Origin: an uncultured Bacilli bacterium
GTDB taxonomy: Bacteria; Bacillota_I; Bacilli_A; RF39; UBA660
NCBI GenBank assembly: GCA_944358305.1
Contig: CALVQK010000001.1
Span: forward strand, 163,103 to 227,102
DNA: 64,000 bases
Direction: 5' to 3'
Shown here: positions 1 through 9,700 of the stretch, one piece after another
How the letters are laid out: each line of letters opens with the position of its first letter
How positions within the stretch are numbered: the stretch's first letter is position 1
Made by a program: the position numbers and the translations under genes
The notes under the pieces: generated by a model
What the model was told of the DNA's origin: nothing
Databases searched by the model: none
The model's input: the letters and a program-made list of their open reading frames with translations, nothing else

Positions 1-1227
1 AGTTATGATAACTTGCTTAATGTTTTAAATGCCGAAGAAGTAAATAGAGTAGATGATGAAATAATAGGTAATATCTTAGCAGCATCATATCGTAGTACTA
101 CATTTATTAATACTGTTAATTTAACAAGTGAAGATATTTTAATAGTAGGGGATAGACATAGTGTTATAGAATATGCTGTTAATTCTAAAGTTAAAATGAT
201 TATTTTATCAGGATATTCTGAGATTAAAGATGAACATATTGAACTTGCTAAGAAAAATAAAGTTAATATTATTAGAAGTAGTTATGATACTTATCACATT
301 GCTAAATTAGTTAGTTTATCTAATTACATTAGAACAATGAAAAGAACTACTAAAGATGCTGTTTACTTTGATGAAAATAGTTATGTTGATGATATATTAG
401 ATGTTAATAAAAAATTAAGACATACAAATTATCCTGTAATTAATAATAGAACTGGAAAATGCTTAGGACTACTTAGAATTACCGACTTAGATTCTAAAAA
501 TCCTAAAAAAGTAATATTAGTTGATCACAATGAAGAAAAACAAAGTGCTGAAGGACTTGATGAAGCAGAGATTATTGAAATAGTAGATCATCATAACTTA
601 AGTAGTTTATCTACACCTAGTCCTATTAATTTTAGAAATATGGCCGTAGGTTCTAGTAATACAATTATTTATTCTTTATATAAAGAAAGAAATATAGAAA
701 TACCTAAAGAAATAGCAGGTATGATGTTATCAGGAATTTTATCAGATACTCTAATATTAAAGTCACCTACAACAACAGAGTTAGATAGAAAAGCTGTTAT
801 GGAATTATCTAGTATAGCAGAAGTTAATTATGAAGAATATGGACTTAATTTAATTAAAGCAGGTACTTCACTTGATGGTATGACTCATGAAGATGTTTTA
901 TATAATGACTTTAAATTATATACAGTAGATGATAAAACTTTAGGTATAGGTCAATTCTTTACTACTAATTTTGATGATATTAAAAAAGAAATGGATGCTT
1001 ATCTTGATACCTTAGATAGAGAAGCTGAAGGAAATAATTATTCTCTAATCGCTTTATATATTACTGATATTATCAAAAATGGTTCTTATGTTTTATTTAA
1101 TAGAAAAGCTAAAGACATTATGGATAATGCTTATGATAAAGAAATGGAAGAAGGAGAATACTTACAAGATTGTGTTTCTCGTAAGAAAAATGTTGTACCT
1201 GTAATAATGGCAAGTTTTGAGAAATAG
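1..1227 (+). CDS. CBS/DRTGG-domain-containing family II (DHH/DHHA2) manganese-dependent inorganic pyrophosphatase, 5' end outside window
   Basis: Open frame from nt 1 with no in-window start. Tandem CBS-like segments plus a GDRHS (DRTGG-like) motif, then the DHH motif (VDHHN) and a DHHA2-like SPTTT region. Confidence 0.65.
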   Translation, partial: SYDNLLNVLNAEEVNRVDDEIIGNILAASYRSTTFINTVNLTSEDILIVGDRHSVIEYAVNSKVKMIILSGYSEIKDEHIELAKKNKVNIIRSSYDTYHIAKLVSLSNYIRTMKRTTKDAVYFDENSYVDDILDVNKKLRHTNYPVINNRTGKCLGLLRITDLDSKNPKKVILVDHNEEKQSAEGLDEAEIIEIVDHHNLSSLSTPSPINFRNMAVGSSNTIIYSLYKERNIEIPKEIAGMMLSGILSDTLILKSPTTTELDRKAVMELSSIAEVNYEEYGLNLIKAGTSLDGMTHEDVLYNDFKLYTVDDKTLGIGQFFTTNFDDIKKEMDAYLDTLDREAEGNNYSLIALYITDIIKNGSYVLFNRKAKDIMDNAYDKEMEEGEYLQDCVSRKKNVVPVIMASFEK

Positions 1228-1296
1228 TATAGTTTAAGCTATGCTTTTTCTTTTACTTAAATTATGTTATTATATAAGGCAACTGGAGAAAGTAGT

Positions 1297-1947
1297 ATGA
1301 ATGAAAATGAAAGATTTAAAATATTAAAAGATAATAGAGCAAATATCGAAGTATATAAGTATCTAAAAGAAAGACTAGAAAATTTAACTATTAAAGTTGT
1401 TAAAAATGAAGGTTCAGTTTTAGAATTAATGAAAAAGCATGTCTTAAAAGGATGGTGCTGGCAAACTACTGAGAGTACTATAGTCTTTCTAAACGATAAT
1501 GATTATATAGAAAGAGGTAATTTATTATTCGAAGAAGATAAACTATTAATAAAAACATATTATCATTCATGGATTAATTTTCGATATAGAGATATGGAAT
1601 ATACTTTTGATCCCTGCTTAAATATTTTATGTACTAAAAAGTTATACCAAGAAGTTTTTGAAACAGAAGTAAGAGGAATGGTTAGTGCTAAGGAAGTAAG
1701 AGATGAATTAATAGATTCTATCCTAAATCCTAAGCCTAAAAAAATTGATAGTTCACCTAGTAGTATTTTTGTTGAAAATTTTATGAAAAAACTTTTTGGA
1801 GAAGCTTTAGAAAATAAAAATAGTGAGATTACAATAATAGGTGATGATGATGTTTATTCACCAATGTATCGTAATAGTACTGGTTATAAAGCAGAAATAG
1901 AAGATGGGAAAATAAAGAAACTAGTCGCTCACTTTTATATGAATTAA
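1297..1947 (+). CDS. hypothetical protein
   Basis: ORF with RBS GGAGAAAG upstream of ATG 1297. No family recognised. Confidence 0.45.
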   Translation: MNENERFKILKDNRANIEVYKYLKERLENLTIKVVKNEGSVLELMKKHVLKGWCWQTTESTIVFLNDNDYIERGNLLFEEDKLLIKTYYHSWINFRYRDMEYTFDPCLNILCTKKLYQEVFETEVRGMVSAKEVRDELIDSILNPKPKKIDSSPSSIFVENFMKKLFGEALENKNSEITIIGDDDVYSPMYRNSTGYKAEIEDGKIKKLVAHFYMN

Positions 1948-2034
1948 TAATGTTTAGATATGTCTAATTGATTTTATAGTTCTTTTATTTCTTTCTTTTT
2001 AATGATATAATTATTGAATAGAAAAGAGGTTATT

Positions 2035-2850
2035 ATGACAGATATTATTAATACAATTATTTTAGGAATTATTCAGGGGATTGCAGAGTTCTTACCAATT
2101 TCAAGTAGTGCTCATCTAATTATTTTTAGAGATCTTTTTGGAATTGGCGCTGATATGTCTACAAAAGTAGCATTATGCTTTGATTTAGCTCTCCATTTAG
2201 GTACATTACTTGCCATTGCAGTATTCTTCTTTAAAGACTTTCTTAATATGGTTATAAAAGGAGTTACTAAAGGTGTTAAGGATAAAGAAGGAAAATTATT
2301 CTGGCAAATAGTAGTTGCAACTATTCCTGCTGCTATAGTTGGAGTCTTGTTTGAAAGTACTATCGAAAATGCTATTAGAACAAATTATCTTTTAATTGCA
2401 ACTGCCCTAATAGTAATGGGTATTATCATCTATCTAGTTGATAAAAAATGTAAGGAAGAGAAAAATACTAAAGAAATATCATTTAAAGATGCCATTATTA
2501 TAGGCTGTTCTCAAGTTTTTGCCTTAATACCAGGTTTTTCTCGTAGCGGGACAACTATCGCTAGTGCAAGATGCTTAAAAGTAGATAGAGAAAGTGCTGC
2601 TAAGTTTTCATTTTACTTATCAGCACCAGTTGTTCTTGGAGCCTGTGTTCTTCAACTATTAGATGACGGTGCTATCTCTTTAATACTTGAGAATGCAACA
2701 ATCTTTATTATTGGTATAGTCGTATCTTTTATCGTCGGTTTGATTTGTATTAAGTTTTTATTACAATATCTTAAAAAACATGACTTTAAACTATTTATGA
2801 TTTATCGTATTATTTTAGCAATTATTGTTATTTTAACAGTAATATTTTAA
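2035..2850 (+). CDS. uppP: undecaprenyl-diphosphate phosphatase (UppP/BacA)
   Basis: Polytopic membrane protein carrying the SRSGTTI motif typical of UppP. RBS AAAGAGG upstream of ATG 2035. Confidence 0.8.
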   Translation: MTDIINTIILGIIQGIAEFLPISSSAHLIIFRDLFGIGADMSTKVALCFDLALHLGTLLAIAVFFFKDFLNMVIKGVTKGVKDKEGKLFWQIVVATIPAAIVGVLFESTIENAIRTNYLLIATALIVMGIIIYLVDKKCKEEKNTKEISFKDAIIIGCSQVFALIPGFSRSGTTIASARCLKVDRESAAKFSFYLSAPVVLGACVLQLLDDGAISLILENATIFIIGIVVSFIVGLICIKFLLQYLKKHDFKLFMIYRIILAIIVILTVIF

Positions 2851-2864
2851 GGGGGAAGTGAATC

Positions 2865-3872
2865 ATGATAGATAAATCATTTAAAGAAATATGCGATGGT
2901 ATTAAAAAAGGCGTTAAAGATACACAATTAGAAATTATGGTAAATGCTAATACTAATTTAGTTAATCTTTATTATAGAATAGGGAAAACTCTAGAAGAAA
3001 ATAGTAAGTGGGGTAATAAATTTATTGATACTGTTGCTTTCGAACTTAAAAATACATTTCCTACTTTAAAAGGATTTTCTATTCGTAATTTAAAGTATAT
3101 GAAAACATTTTATAATGAATATAAAGATGAAACTGAATTTGTGCAACTGGTTGCACAATTACCTTGGAAGCATAATATTACTTTATTCCAAAAAGTAAAA
3201 GATAAAAACATTCGTAAATGGTATATGGAAAAATGTTTAGAAGAAGGTTGGTCAAATAATATTTTAATCTATCAGATAGATGCTGATTTATATAAAAGAC
3301 AGGTAGAAAATAAAAAGCACAATAATTTCAAGATTACTTTAAAAGAAAATAGTGATCTTGCTAATAACATTATGAAAGAGCCTTATGTTTTTGATTTAAT
3401 AGAATTAACTGAAGATTATAAGGAAAGAGAATTAGAAAATAAAATGTTAGAACGTTTAAAAAATGTTTTATTAGAATTAGGTAGTGGTTTTTCTTTTGTT
3501 GGTAATCAATATAAAATTACTGTAGACGATGAAGATTTTTATATTGATTTGTTATTCTATCATATTAAATTAAAATGTTATATTGCCATTGAACTTAAAG
3601 TAGGAAAGTTCAAACCTGAATTTGGTAGCAAAATGGGATTTTATTTGACTGCTTTAGATGAACAAGTAAAAGATAATAATGATAATCCATCTATAGGTAT
3701 TATTTTATGTTCTAGTAAGAGCAATAAAATAGTAGATTATACCTTAAAATATATTAATAAACCACTAGGAGTTAGTGAATATAAAATATTTAATGAACTT
3801 CCTAATAACTTATTAAAAGATTTCCCAACGGAAGATGAATTAAATATCTTTATAGATTTAGATGAGGAGTGA
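2865..3872 (+). CDS. YhcG/DUF1016-family PD-(D/E)XK nuclease-like protein
   Basis: The N-terminal region matches the DUF1016 pattern (KWGNKFIDTVAFELKNTFPTLKGFSIRNLKYMKTFY). C-terminal PD-(D/E)XK-like core D..IAIELKVGKFKPE. RBS GGGGGAAG. Confidence 0.6.
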   Translation: MIDKSFKEICDGIKKGVKDTQLEIMVNANTNLVNLYYRIGKTLEENSKWGNKFIDTVAFELKNTFPTLKGFSIRNLKYMKTFYNEYKDETEFVQLVAQLPWKHNITLFQKVKDKNIRKWYMEKCLEEGWSNNILIYQIDADLYKRQVENKKHNNFKITLKENSDLANNIMKEPYVFDLIELTEDYKERELENKMLERLKNVLLELGSGFSFVGNQYKITVDDEDFYIDLLFYHIKLKCYIAIELKVGKFKPEFGSKMGFYLTALDEQVKDNNDNPSIGIILCSSKSNKIVDYTLKYINKPLGVSEYKIFNELPNNLLKDFPTEDELNIFIDLDEE

Positions 3873-3876
3873 TTTT

Positions 3877-4626
3877 ATGCATAATACTCTTGCTTTATTT
3901 ATAACTTTTCTTTTAGGATTTTTTATAGTTATAGGAGTGATAATAGCTTTTTTCTTAAAAAAACAGCAAAAAGTCTTAGATTTTATTTTTGCTTTTGCTC
4001 TTTCAATTCTCACAATGTTAATATTAACAGACTTACTAGGTCATACTATAGAACATTTAGGAATTAAGCATATTTATCTATTTATTCTCTTTACTTGTCT
4101 TGGCCTCTTAATCTTTAAAATAATAGATGATTTTATCCCTGAACATGACGATAGTAAAATGACTAAGAAAGAAGAACATAAAAATATTGTTCATATTGGG
4201 GTGCTTGCAACTATTGCTTTAATTATTCATAACTTTGTAGAAGGTATGGCAATTTACCTAACCGCCACTAATGATATTAACTTAGGTATAATGATGGCTT
4301 TAGGAGTAGGTCTTCATAATATCCCTTTAGGAATAATTATTACTACGACTTTAAATAATGGTGAAAAATTAGGTAAATATCTCTTTTGCATAATTTCTTT
4401 ATTTATTTCTAGTTTTATAGGAGGATTATTACTTTACTTATTAAATATTAATACTGTAAGTGATATAGTAATAGGATCTCTACTTGCTCTTACTATAGGT
4501 ATGCTTTTATATATTATTATCTTTGAGTTATATCCTAAAGTTAAGAAAACTTCCAATAAAAAGATTACTATTATAGGGTTAGGCTGTGGTATTCTAATTG
4601 CCTTGCTAGCAATGATAATAGGCTAG
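3877..4626 (+). CDS. zupT: ZIP-family zinc/metal transporter (ZupT-like)
   Basis: Eight-TM protein with the ZIP signatures HNFVEGMAI and GLHNIPLG. RBS GAGGAG upstream of ATG 3877. Confidence 0.75.
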   Translation: MHNTLALFITFLLGFFIVIGVIIAFFLKKQQKVLDFIFAFALSILTMLILTDLLGHTIEHLGIKHIYLFILFTCLGLLIFKIIDDFIPEHDDSKMTKKEEHKNIVHIGVLATIALIIHNFVEGMAIYLTATNDINLGIMMALGVGLHNIPLGIIITTTLNNGEKLGKYLFCIISLFISSFIGGLLLYLLNINTVSDIVIGSLLALTIGMLLYIIIFELYPKVKKTSNKKITIIGLGCGILIALLAMIIG

Positions 4627-4635
4627 GTGTTGTTT

Positions 4636-5364
4636 ATGTTAGATAAATTTTTAAACCTATTTTTACAATTTATAATTTATTCTTTCTTTGGCTATTTAAT
4701 TGAAGTAACTAGCTGTTCAATGAGAAATAAAAAATTGACATTAAACAGAGGCTTCTTTTTAGGCCCTTATCTACCTATCTTTGGTTTTTCTTGTATGCTA
4801 ATGGGCTTTATTATACTAAGATATAAAAGTGATTTACTTATAGTTTTTGTCATGAGTGCTTTTATCTGTACTACTGTAGAATATATAACAAGCTATGTTT
4901 TAGAGAAAATATTTAAAGCTAGATGGTGGGATTATAGCGATCATAAATTTAATCTAGAAGGTAGAGTTTGTTTATTTAATTCTCTTCTTTTTGGACTGGG
5001 TGGTATAGCTTTCGCTTATATAATTAATCCAATTACAAGTTTTATAATAGACATAATGCCCTTATTTGTCTTTAGAATTATCTCTATTATTTTACTAATT
5101 TTATTTTTAGTAGATGTAATTATAACAATTACGACTTTATATCAAGTAAAAGTATCTTCAATAAAATTTAAAAGCCGTGATGTAACTGCCGAACTTACTA
5201 AAATAATCAGAGAAGAACTTACTAAAAAACGTGATATTAAGACTAACTTTTTTGTTAGACACATGTTAAATGCTTTCCCACAAATTAACCTGAACGATTA
5301 TAATAGTCCACTTAGTAAACTTAAAAGATATAGTACAAAAACATTTAGAAAGAAACAAAAATAA
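4636..5364 (+). CDS. DUF1113-like (putative ABC-transporter type IV family) membrane protein
   Basis: Polytopic membrane protein with the WWDYS...EGRVCLFNSLLFGLGG pattern seen in that family. AGGTG RBS. Confidence 0.4.
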   Translation: MLDKFLNLFLQFIIYSFFGYLIEVTSCSMRNKKLTLNRGFFLGPYLPIFGFSCMLMGFIILRYKSDLLIVFVMSAFICTTVEYITSYVLEKIFKARWWDYSDHKFNLEGRVCLFNSLLFGLGGIAFAYIINPITSFIIDIMPLFVFRIISIILLILFLVDVIITITTLYQVKVSSIKFKSRDVTAELTKIIREELTKKRDIKTNFFVRHMLNAFPQINLNDYNSPLSKLKRYSTKTFRKKQK

Positions 5365-5446
5365 TTGTCAATTTATGTAGAAATAAAATAAAGACTAATA
5401 TACGTTTTCTAAAAAATGTTATAATGAATAAAAGAAAGGAAATATT

Positions 5447-6820
5447 ATGCAAATAAAAGAAGATATAAATAAATATATATTTAGAGGATATGATATTAGA
5501 GGAGTTTTTGATAAAGATATTGATATAGATACAGCTTATACTATAGGACTTGGCTTTGGAAGTAAATTATATGATTTAGGAAAAAACACTTGTGTTGTAG
5601 GTCATGATAATAGATTGTCTTCTCCAGATTTACATCAAGCTTTAATCCAAGGTTTAATTGAAACAGGAATTAATGTTATTGATTTAGGCCTATGTACAAC
5701 ACCAATGTATTATTTTGCTTGTCAAGATTTAAAAATAGATAGTGGAATTATGATAACAGCAAGTCATAACCCTAAAGATGAAAATGGGTTTAAATTTGCT
5801 TTTTCTAACTATCAAAATGCTAAAGGAAAAGAAATAGAAGACTTTTATGATTATATTATTAAAGGTAATTTTCATAATGGAAAAGGTTCTATTACTAAAA
5901 AGACTGTTAAAGAAGATTATTATAATGCCTTAACAAATAACTTAGCTTTTGGAAAAAAGAAAGTTAAAGTAGTTCTTGATCCTGGTAATGGGACAACTTC
6001 TCCTTTTTTAAATGATATTTTTAAAAGAGTAAATGTAGATTATACCATTATTAATGGTGAAAGTGATGGTAGTTTTCCTAATCATCATCCTGATCCATCT
6101 ATTGAAAGCAATCTAGAAGAGTTAAAAAAACGTGTAAAAGAAACATCAGCAGATGTTGGCCTTGCTTTTGATGGTGACGGTGATAGAGTAGGAGTTATTT
6201 CTAATTTGGGTAATTTTATTCCTATTGACTATTATATGATTATTATTATTAGAAATATTATTGATAAAGTTAGTAACAAAACATTTTTATATGATGTTAA
6301 ATGTAGTAAATCTTTAGAAGATGAAATAATTAAATTAGGAGGAACTCCATATTGTTATAGAACTGGTAATTCATATACAAAAGCGAAAGTTGCAGAATTA
6401 GACTTAGCTTTCGGGGGAGAATTATCGGGACATGTTTATTTTAGAGACAAGTTTTTAGGATTTGATAGTGGAATTTATGCTGGTCTTAGATTACTTGAAA
6501 TATTATCTAATACTAATAAAACAGTAGAAGATTTACTTGCTGGTATTAATAGATATTATCAAACTCCTGAGACTAAATATAAAACTAAAGATGAAATTAA
6601 ATTTGCTGTTGTAGAAAAAATCGAAGACTATTGCAAAGAGAAAAATTATACTTATAATAATATCGATGGAGTTAGAGTAACTTTTACTGATGGCTGGGCT
6701 AGTGTAAGAGCTTCTAATACAGGTCCTAATTTAACAGCAAGATTTGAAGCAACAACAGAAAAAAGATTAGAAGAAATAAAATCAGAATTTGAAAACTTAA
6801 TCTTTAAATATAATAAATAA
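5447..6820 (+). CDS. phosphohexomutase (phosphoglucomutase/phosphomannomutase family)
   Basis: Active-site TASHNP, metal-binding DGDGDR and sugar-binding GGELSGH motifs. Extended -10 promoter TGtTATAAT at 5417-5425. Confidence 0.8.
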   Translation: MQIKEDINKYIFRGYDIRGVFDKDIDIDTAYTIGLGFGSKLYDLGKNTCVVGHDNRLSSPDLHQALIQGLIETGINVIDLGLCTTPMYYFACQDLKIDSGIMITASHNPKDENGFKFAFSNYQNAKGKEIEDFYDYIIKGNFHNGKGSITKKTVKEDYYNALTNNLAFGKKKVKVVLDPGNGTTSPFLNDIFKRVNVDYTIINGESDGSFPNHHPDPSIESNLEELKKRVKETSADVGLAFDGDGDRVGVISNLGNFIPIDYYMIIIIRNIIDKVSNKTFLYDVKCSKSLEDEIIKLGGTPYCYRTGNSYTKAKVAELDLAFGGELSGHVYFRDKFLGFDSGIYAGLRLLEILSNTNKTVEDLLAGINRYYQTPETKYKTKDEIKFAVVEKIEDYCKEKNYTYNNIDGVRVTFTDGWASVRASNTGPNLTARFEATTEKRLEEIKSEFENLIFKYNK

Positions 6821-6857
6821 GAAAGATGCATATCTTATAATAGGAAGGATGACTAAA

Positions 6858-7940
6858 ATGAAAGTAGTTATAACAGCAGGTGGTACCGGAGGACATATAT
6901 TTCCAGCTTTAGCCGTTATAGATAAGTTAAAAGAAAAAGATAAAAATGTGAAAATCTTATATATAGGCACTACTGATAGAATGGAAAAAGATATAATCCC
7001 TAAGACTGGAATACCCTATGTTGGTATTGAAATGAAAGGTTTAAATAGAAAAAATGTCTTTAAAAATATTGAGGTTATGAAGACATATTTTAGAGCATGT
7101 AAAAAAGCTAAAAACGAATTAGCTAAATTTAAACCTGATGTTGTTATCGGTTTTGGTGGTTATATAAGTGCCCCAGTTATATATTCAGCTTCTAAACTTA
7201 AAATAAAAACTATTATTCATGAACAAAATTCTATTCCTGGAGTTTCTAATAAATTCTTATCAAGATATGTAGATCGTGTTTTAGTTTCATTTAAAGAAAG
7301 TATAAAAGATTTTCCTAAAGATAAAACCATCTATACTGGTAATCCTCGCAGTGAGCAAATAAAAGATGTAAAAAAGATTAGTAAGACTTCTTTAGGCTTT
7401 AATAAAGATCTTCCTCTTGTTATAATAGTAATGGGTTCTCTTGGCTCTTTAACTATGACTAAAAAATTAAAAGAGATAATGCCTCTATTTAAAAATAAAA
7501 GCTATCAAGTTTTATTAATAACAGGTAAGAATTATTATGATGATTATAAAGACATAAAGCTTAGTAAAAATGTTAAAATAGTGCCATTTTTAGATAATCT
7601 AATAGGATATATGAAAGATGCTAGTTTAATTGTTACTAGAAGTGGTGCTAGTACTATCGCTGAAATTACAAGTATTGGCCTACCTGCTATTATGGTACCA
7701 AGTCCTTATGTTACTAATAATCATCAATATATAAATGCTAAATCACTAGAAAATGATAGTGCTTGCCTTATCTTAAAAGAAGAAGATTTTAATAAAGATA
7801 ATTTAATTAGTCTTGTAGATAAGCTAATTAATAATAAAGATAAATTAAATAGTATGCATGAAGCATTACTTAAAAGAAGTGTAACAGACAGTGCTACTCG
7901 TATTTACGAGGAAATAATAAAATTAGTAAGGGATGAATGA
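6858..7940 (+). CDS. murG: UDP-N-acetylglucosamine--N-acetylmuramyl-(pentapeptide) pyrophosphoryl-undecaprenol GlcNAc transferase MurG
   Basis: N-terminal GGTGGH(I/V)FPA motif and glycosyltransferase family 28 architecture. An alternative ATG lies at 6849. Confidence 0.85.
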   Translation: MKVVITAGGTGGHIFPALAVIDKLKEKDKNVKILYIGTTDRMEKDIIPKTGIPYVGIEMKGLNRKNVFKNIEVMKTYFRACKKAKNELAKFKPDVVIGFGGYISAPVIYSASKLKIKTIIHEQNSIPGVSNKFLSRYVDRVLVSFKESIKDFPKDKTIYTGNPRSEQIKDVKKISKTSLGFNKDLPLVIIVMGSLGSLTMTKKLKEIMPLFKNKSYQVLLITGKNYYDDYKDIKLSKNVKIVPFLDNLIGYMKDASLIVTRSGASTIAEITSIGLPAIMVPSPYVTNNHQYINAKSLENDSACLILKEEDFNKDNLISLVDKLINNKDKLNSMHEALLKRSVTDSATRIYEEIIKLVRDE

Positions 7941-8850
7941 AATGGATGAATTTTTAAAAGAAGTAGAATCTAATGATATAGGAAAAATATCCAAAGATGT
8001 TTTTATAAGTAAATATACTACCTATAAAGTAGGTGGCCTAGTAAAAGCGATCATTTATCCTAAAAATACTGAAAAACTAGTTTTATTATGTAAGTTAATA
8101 AAGAAATATAAAGTAAAACATAAAATTTTAGGTAATGGAAGCAATCTTTTATTTAGTGATAAAACCTATAATGGCGTTCTAATCAAATTAGATGAATTTA
8201 ATAAAATAGAATTCTTTGGTAATAAAGTAACTTGTGGTGCTGGAGCCTCTTTAATGAAAGTTGCTAAAGAATCAATAAAAAGAGGTCTAGCAGGTCTTGA
8301 ATTCGCTAGTGGTATACCTGGTACAATTGGTGGTGCTGTTTATATGAATGCCGGTGCTTATAAAAGTGATATGGGTTATGTTACTAGAGCTGTTAAAGTA
8401 TTAACAGATGATCTTAGAATAATAACTCTAACAAATGAAGAGATGGATTTTCACTATAGAAGCAGTTTCTTACAAAGGCACCCTAATTATATTTGTCTAG
8501 AAGCTGTAATAAGATTAGAAAAAGGAAATAAAAATGCTTTAGAAGAAGTAGTAAAAGATAGAAGAGAAAGACGTCTTAAGTCTCAGCCTTTAAATTATCC
8601 AAGTGCTGGTAGTGTTTTTAGAAATCCAGAAAATGCTGATCCTGCAGGTAAATTAATTGAAGATATAGGTTTAAAAGGCTTAACTAAAGGTGGCGCTGAA
8701 GTTAGTAAAGTTCATGCTAATTTTATCATTAATAAAAATAATGCTAGCGCTAAAGATATTCATGATTTAATTTTATTCGTAAAAGATGCTGTTAAAGAAC
8801 ATTATGGTATAGATTTGCGGGTAGAACAAGAATTTGTAAATTGGGAGTAG
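7933..8850 (+). CDS. murB: UDP-N-acetylenolpyruvoylglucosamine reductase MurB
   Basis: FAD-binding PCMH-type domain and MurB C-terminal domain (GSVFRNP motif). Overlaps the murG stop. An alternative ATG lies at 7942. Confidence 0.85.
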   Translation: MNEMDEFLKEVESNDIGKISKDVFISKYTTYKVGGLVKAIIYPKNTEKLVLLCKLIKKYKVKHKILGNGSNLLFSDKTYNGVLIKLDEFNKIEFFGNKVTCGAGASLMKVAKESIKRGLAGLEFASGIPGTIGGAVYMNAGAYKSDMGYVTRAVKVLTDDLRIITLTNEEMDFHYRSSFLQRHPNYICLEAVIRLEKGNKNALEEVVKDRRERRLKSQPLNYPSAGSVFRNPENADPAGKLIEDIGLKGLTKGGAEVSKVHANFIINKNNASAKDIHDLILFVKDAVKEHYGIDLRVEQEFVNWE

Positions 8851-8856
8851 TGATAT

Positions 8857-9540
8857 ATGACTAAAGTTATCAAGAAGAAAAAATTAAGACTATTACCATT
8901 TTTAATATTTATTATAGTAATCGCTATAATAGTTTTTGTCTGTCTTTTTGTTCTTGATACTAAAGTAAAAAATATTATTATAACAGGAAATGAGGTCCTA
9001 AGTGATGATGAAATCATAGAATTAGCAGGACTTACAGATTATCCAAGTTTCTATAAGACTTTAAATAGTAAGATAGAAAATGGAATTAAAGAAAACCCAC
9101 TTATTAAAGATGTAAATATTGATAGAAGTTTTTATCACATTATTGAAATAAAAGTAGATGAATATGAAATATTATATAAAAGAGAAGATAATGGTAAATA
9201 TGTTTTAGAAAATAAAGATGAAATAACTCTTGATAGTGAAACTCCATACACGATACCAAGATTAATTAATGAAATACCAGATAAAAAATTAAATAGTTTT
9301 ATCAAGTATTATAAAAGAATAGATTTAAACATTAGAGAAAAAATAAGTGAAATAAAGTATGATCCTAATGATTATGATGAAGATAGATTCTTATTATATA
9401 TGGATGATGGTAATAGCGTTTATGTAACTATTACTAAGTTTGAAAGATTAAATTATTATAATGATGTCCTACCTCAATTAGATGGTAGAAAAGGAATACT
9501 TTATTTAGATTCAGGAAACCATTTTAGGATAATGGAATAA
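8857..9540 (+). CDS. divIB: cell division protein DivIB/FtsQ (POTRA domain)
   Basis: Basic N-terminus, single TM and a POTRA-like region. Conserved position after murG-murB. Confidence 0.6.
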   Translation: MTKVIKKKKLRLLPFLIFIIVIAIIVFVCLFVLDTKVKNIIITGNEVLSDDEIIELAGLTDYPSFYKTLNSKIENGIKENPLIKDVNIDRSFYHIIEIKVDEYEILYKREDNGKYVLENKDEITLDSETPYTIPRLINEIPDKKLNSFIKYYKRIDLNIREKISEIKYDPNDYDEDRFLLYMDDGNSVYVTITKFERLNYYNDVLPQLDGRKGILYLDSGNHFRIME

Positions 9541-9557
9541 TAGATAATAATGAATGT

Positions 9558-9597
9558 AAAATAACAATGGGACCAAGACTTATTGTTATTTTTTATT
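9558..9597 (+). terminator. rho-independent terminator after divIB
   Basis: AAAATAACAAT-N13-ATTGTTATTTT stem followed by a T-run. Confidence 0.6.
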
Positions 9598-9625
9598 TGA
9601 ACAATAGGACTCTATGTGTTAATAT
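9597..9625 (+). promoter_or_regulatory. sigma-70-type promoter for the surface-protein gene; duplicated at 60553-60581
   Basis: TTGAAC-17nt-TGtTAATAT (extended -10). Confidence 0.5.
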
Positions 9626-9700
9626 TATATTAGAAAAGGTAGTAACAAATAAGTAGAAATACAAAAGTTGGTACATACTAAAGATTAGGAGTGGAGTCTA

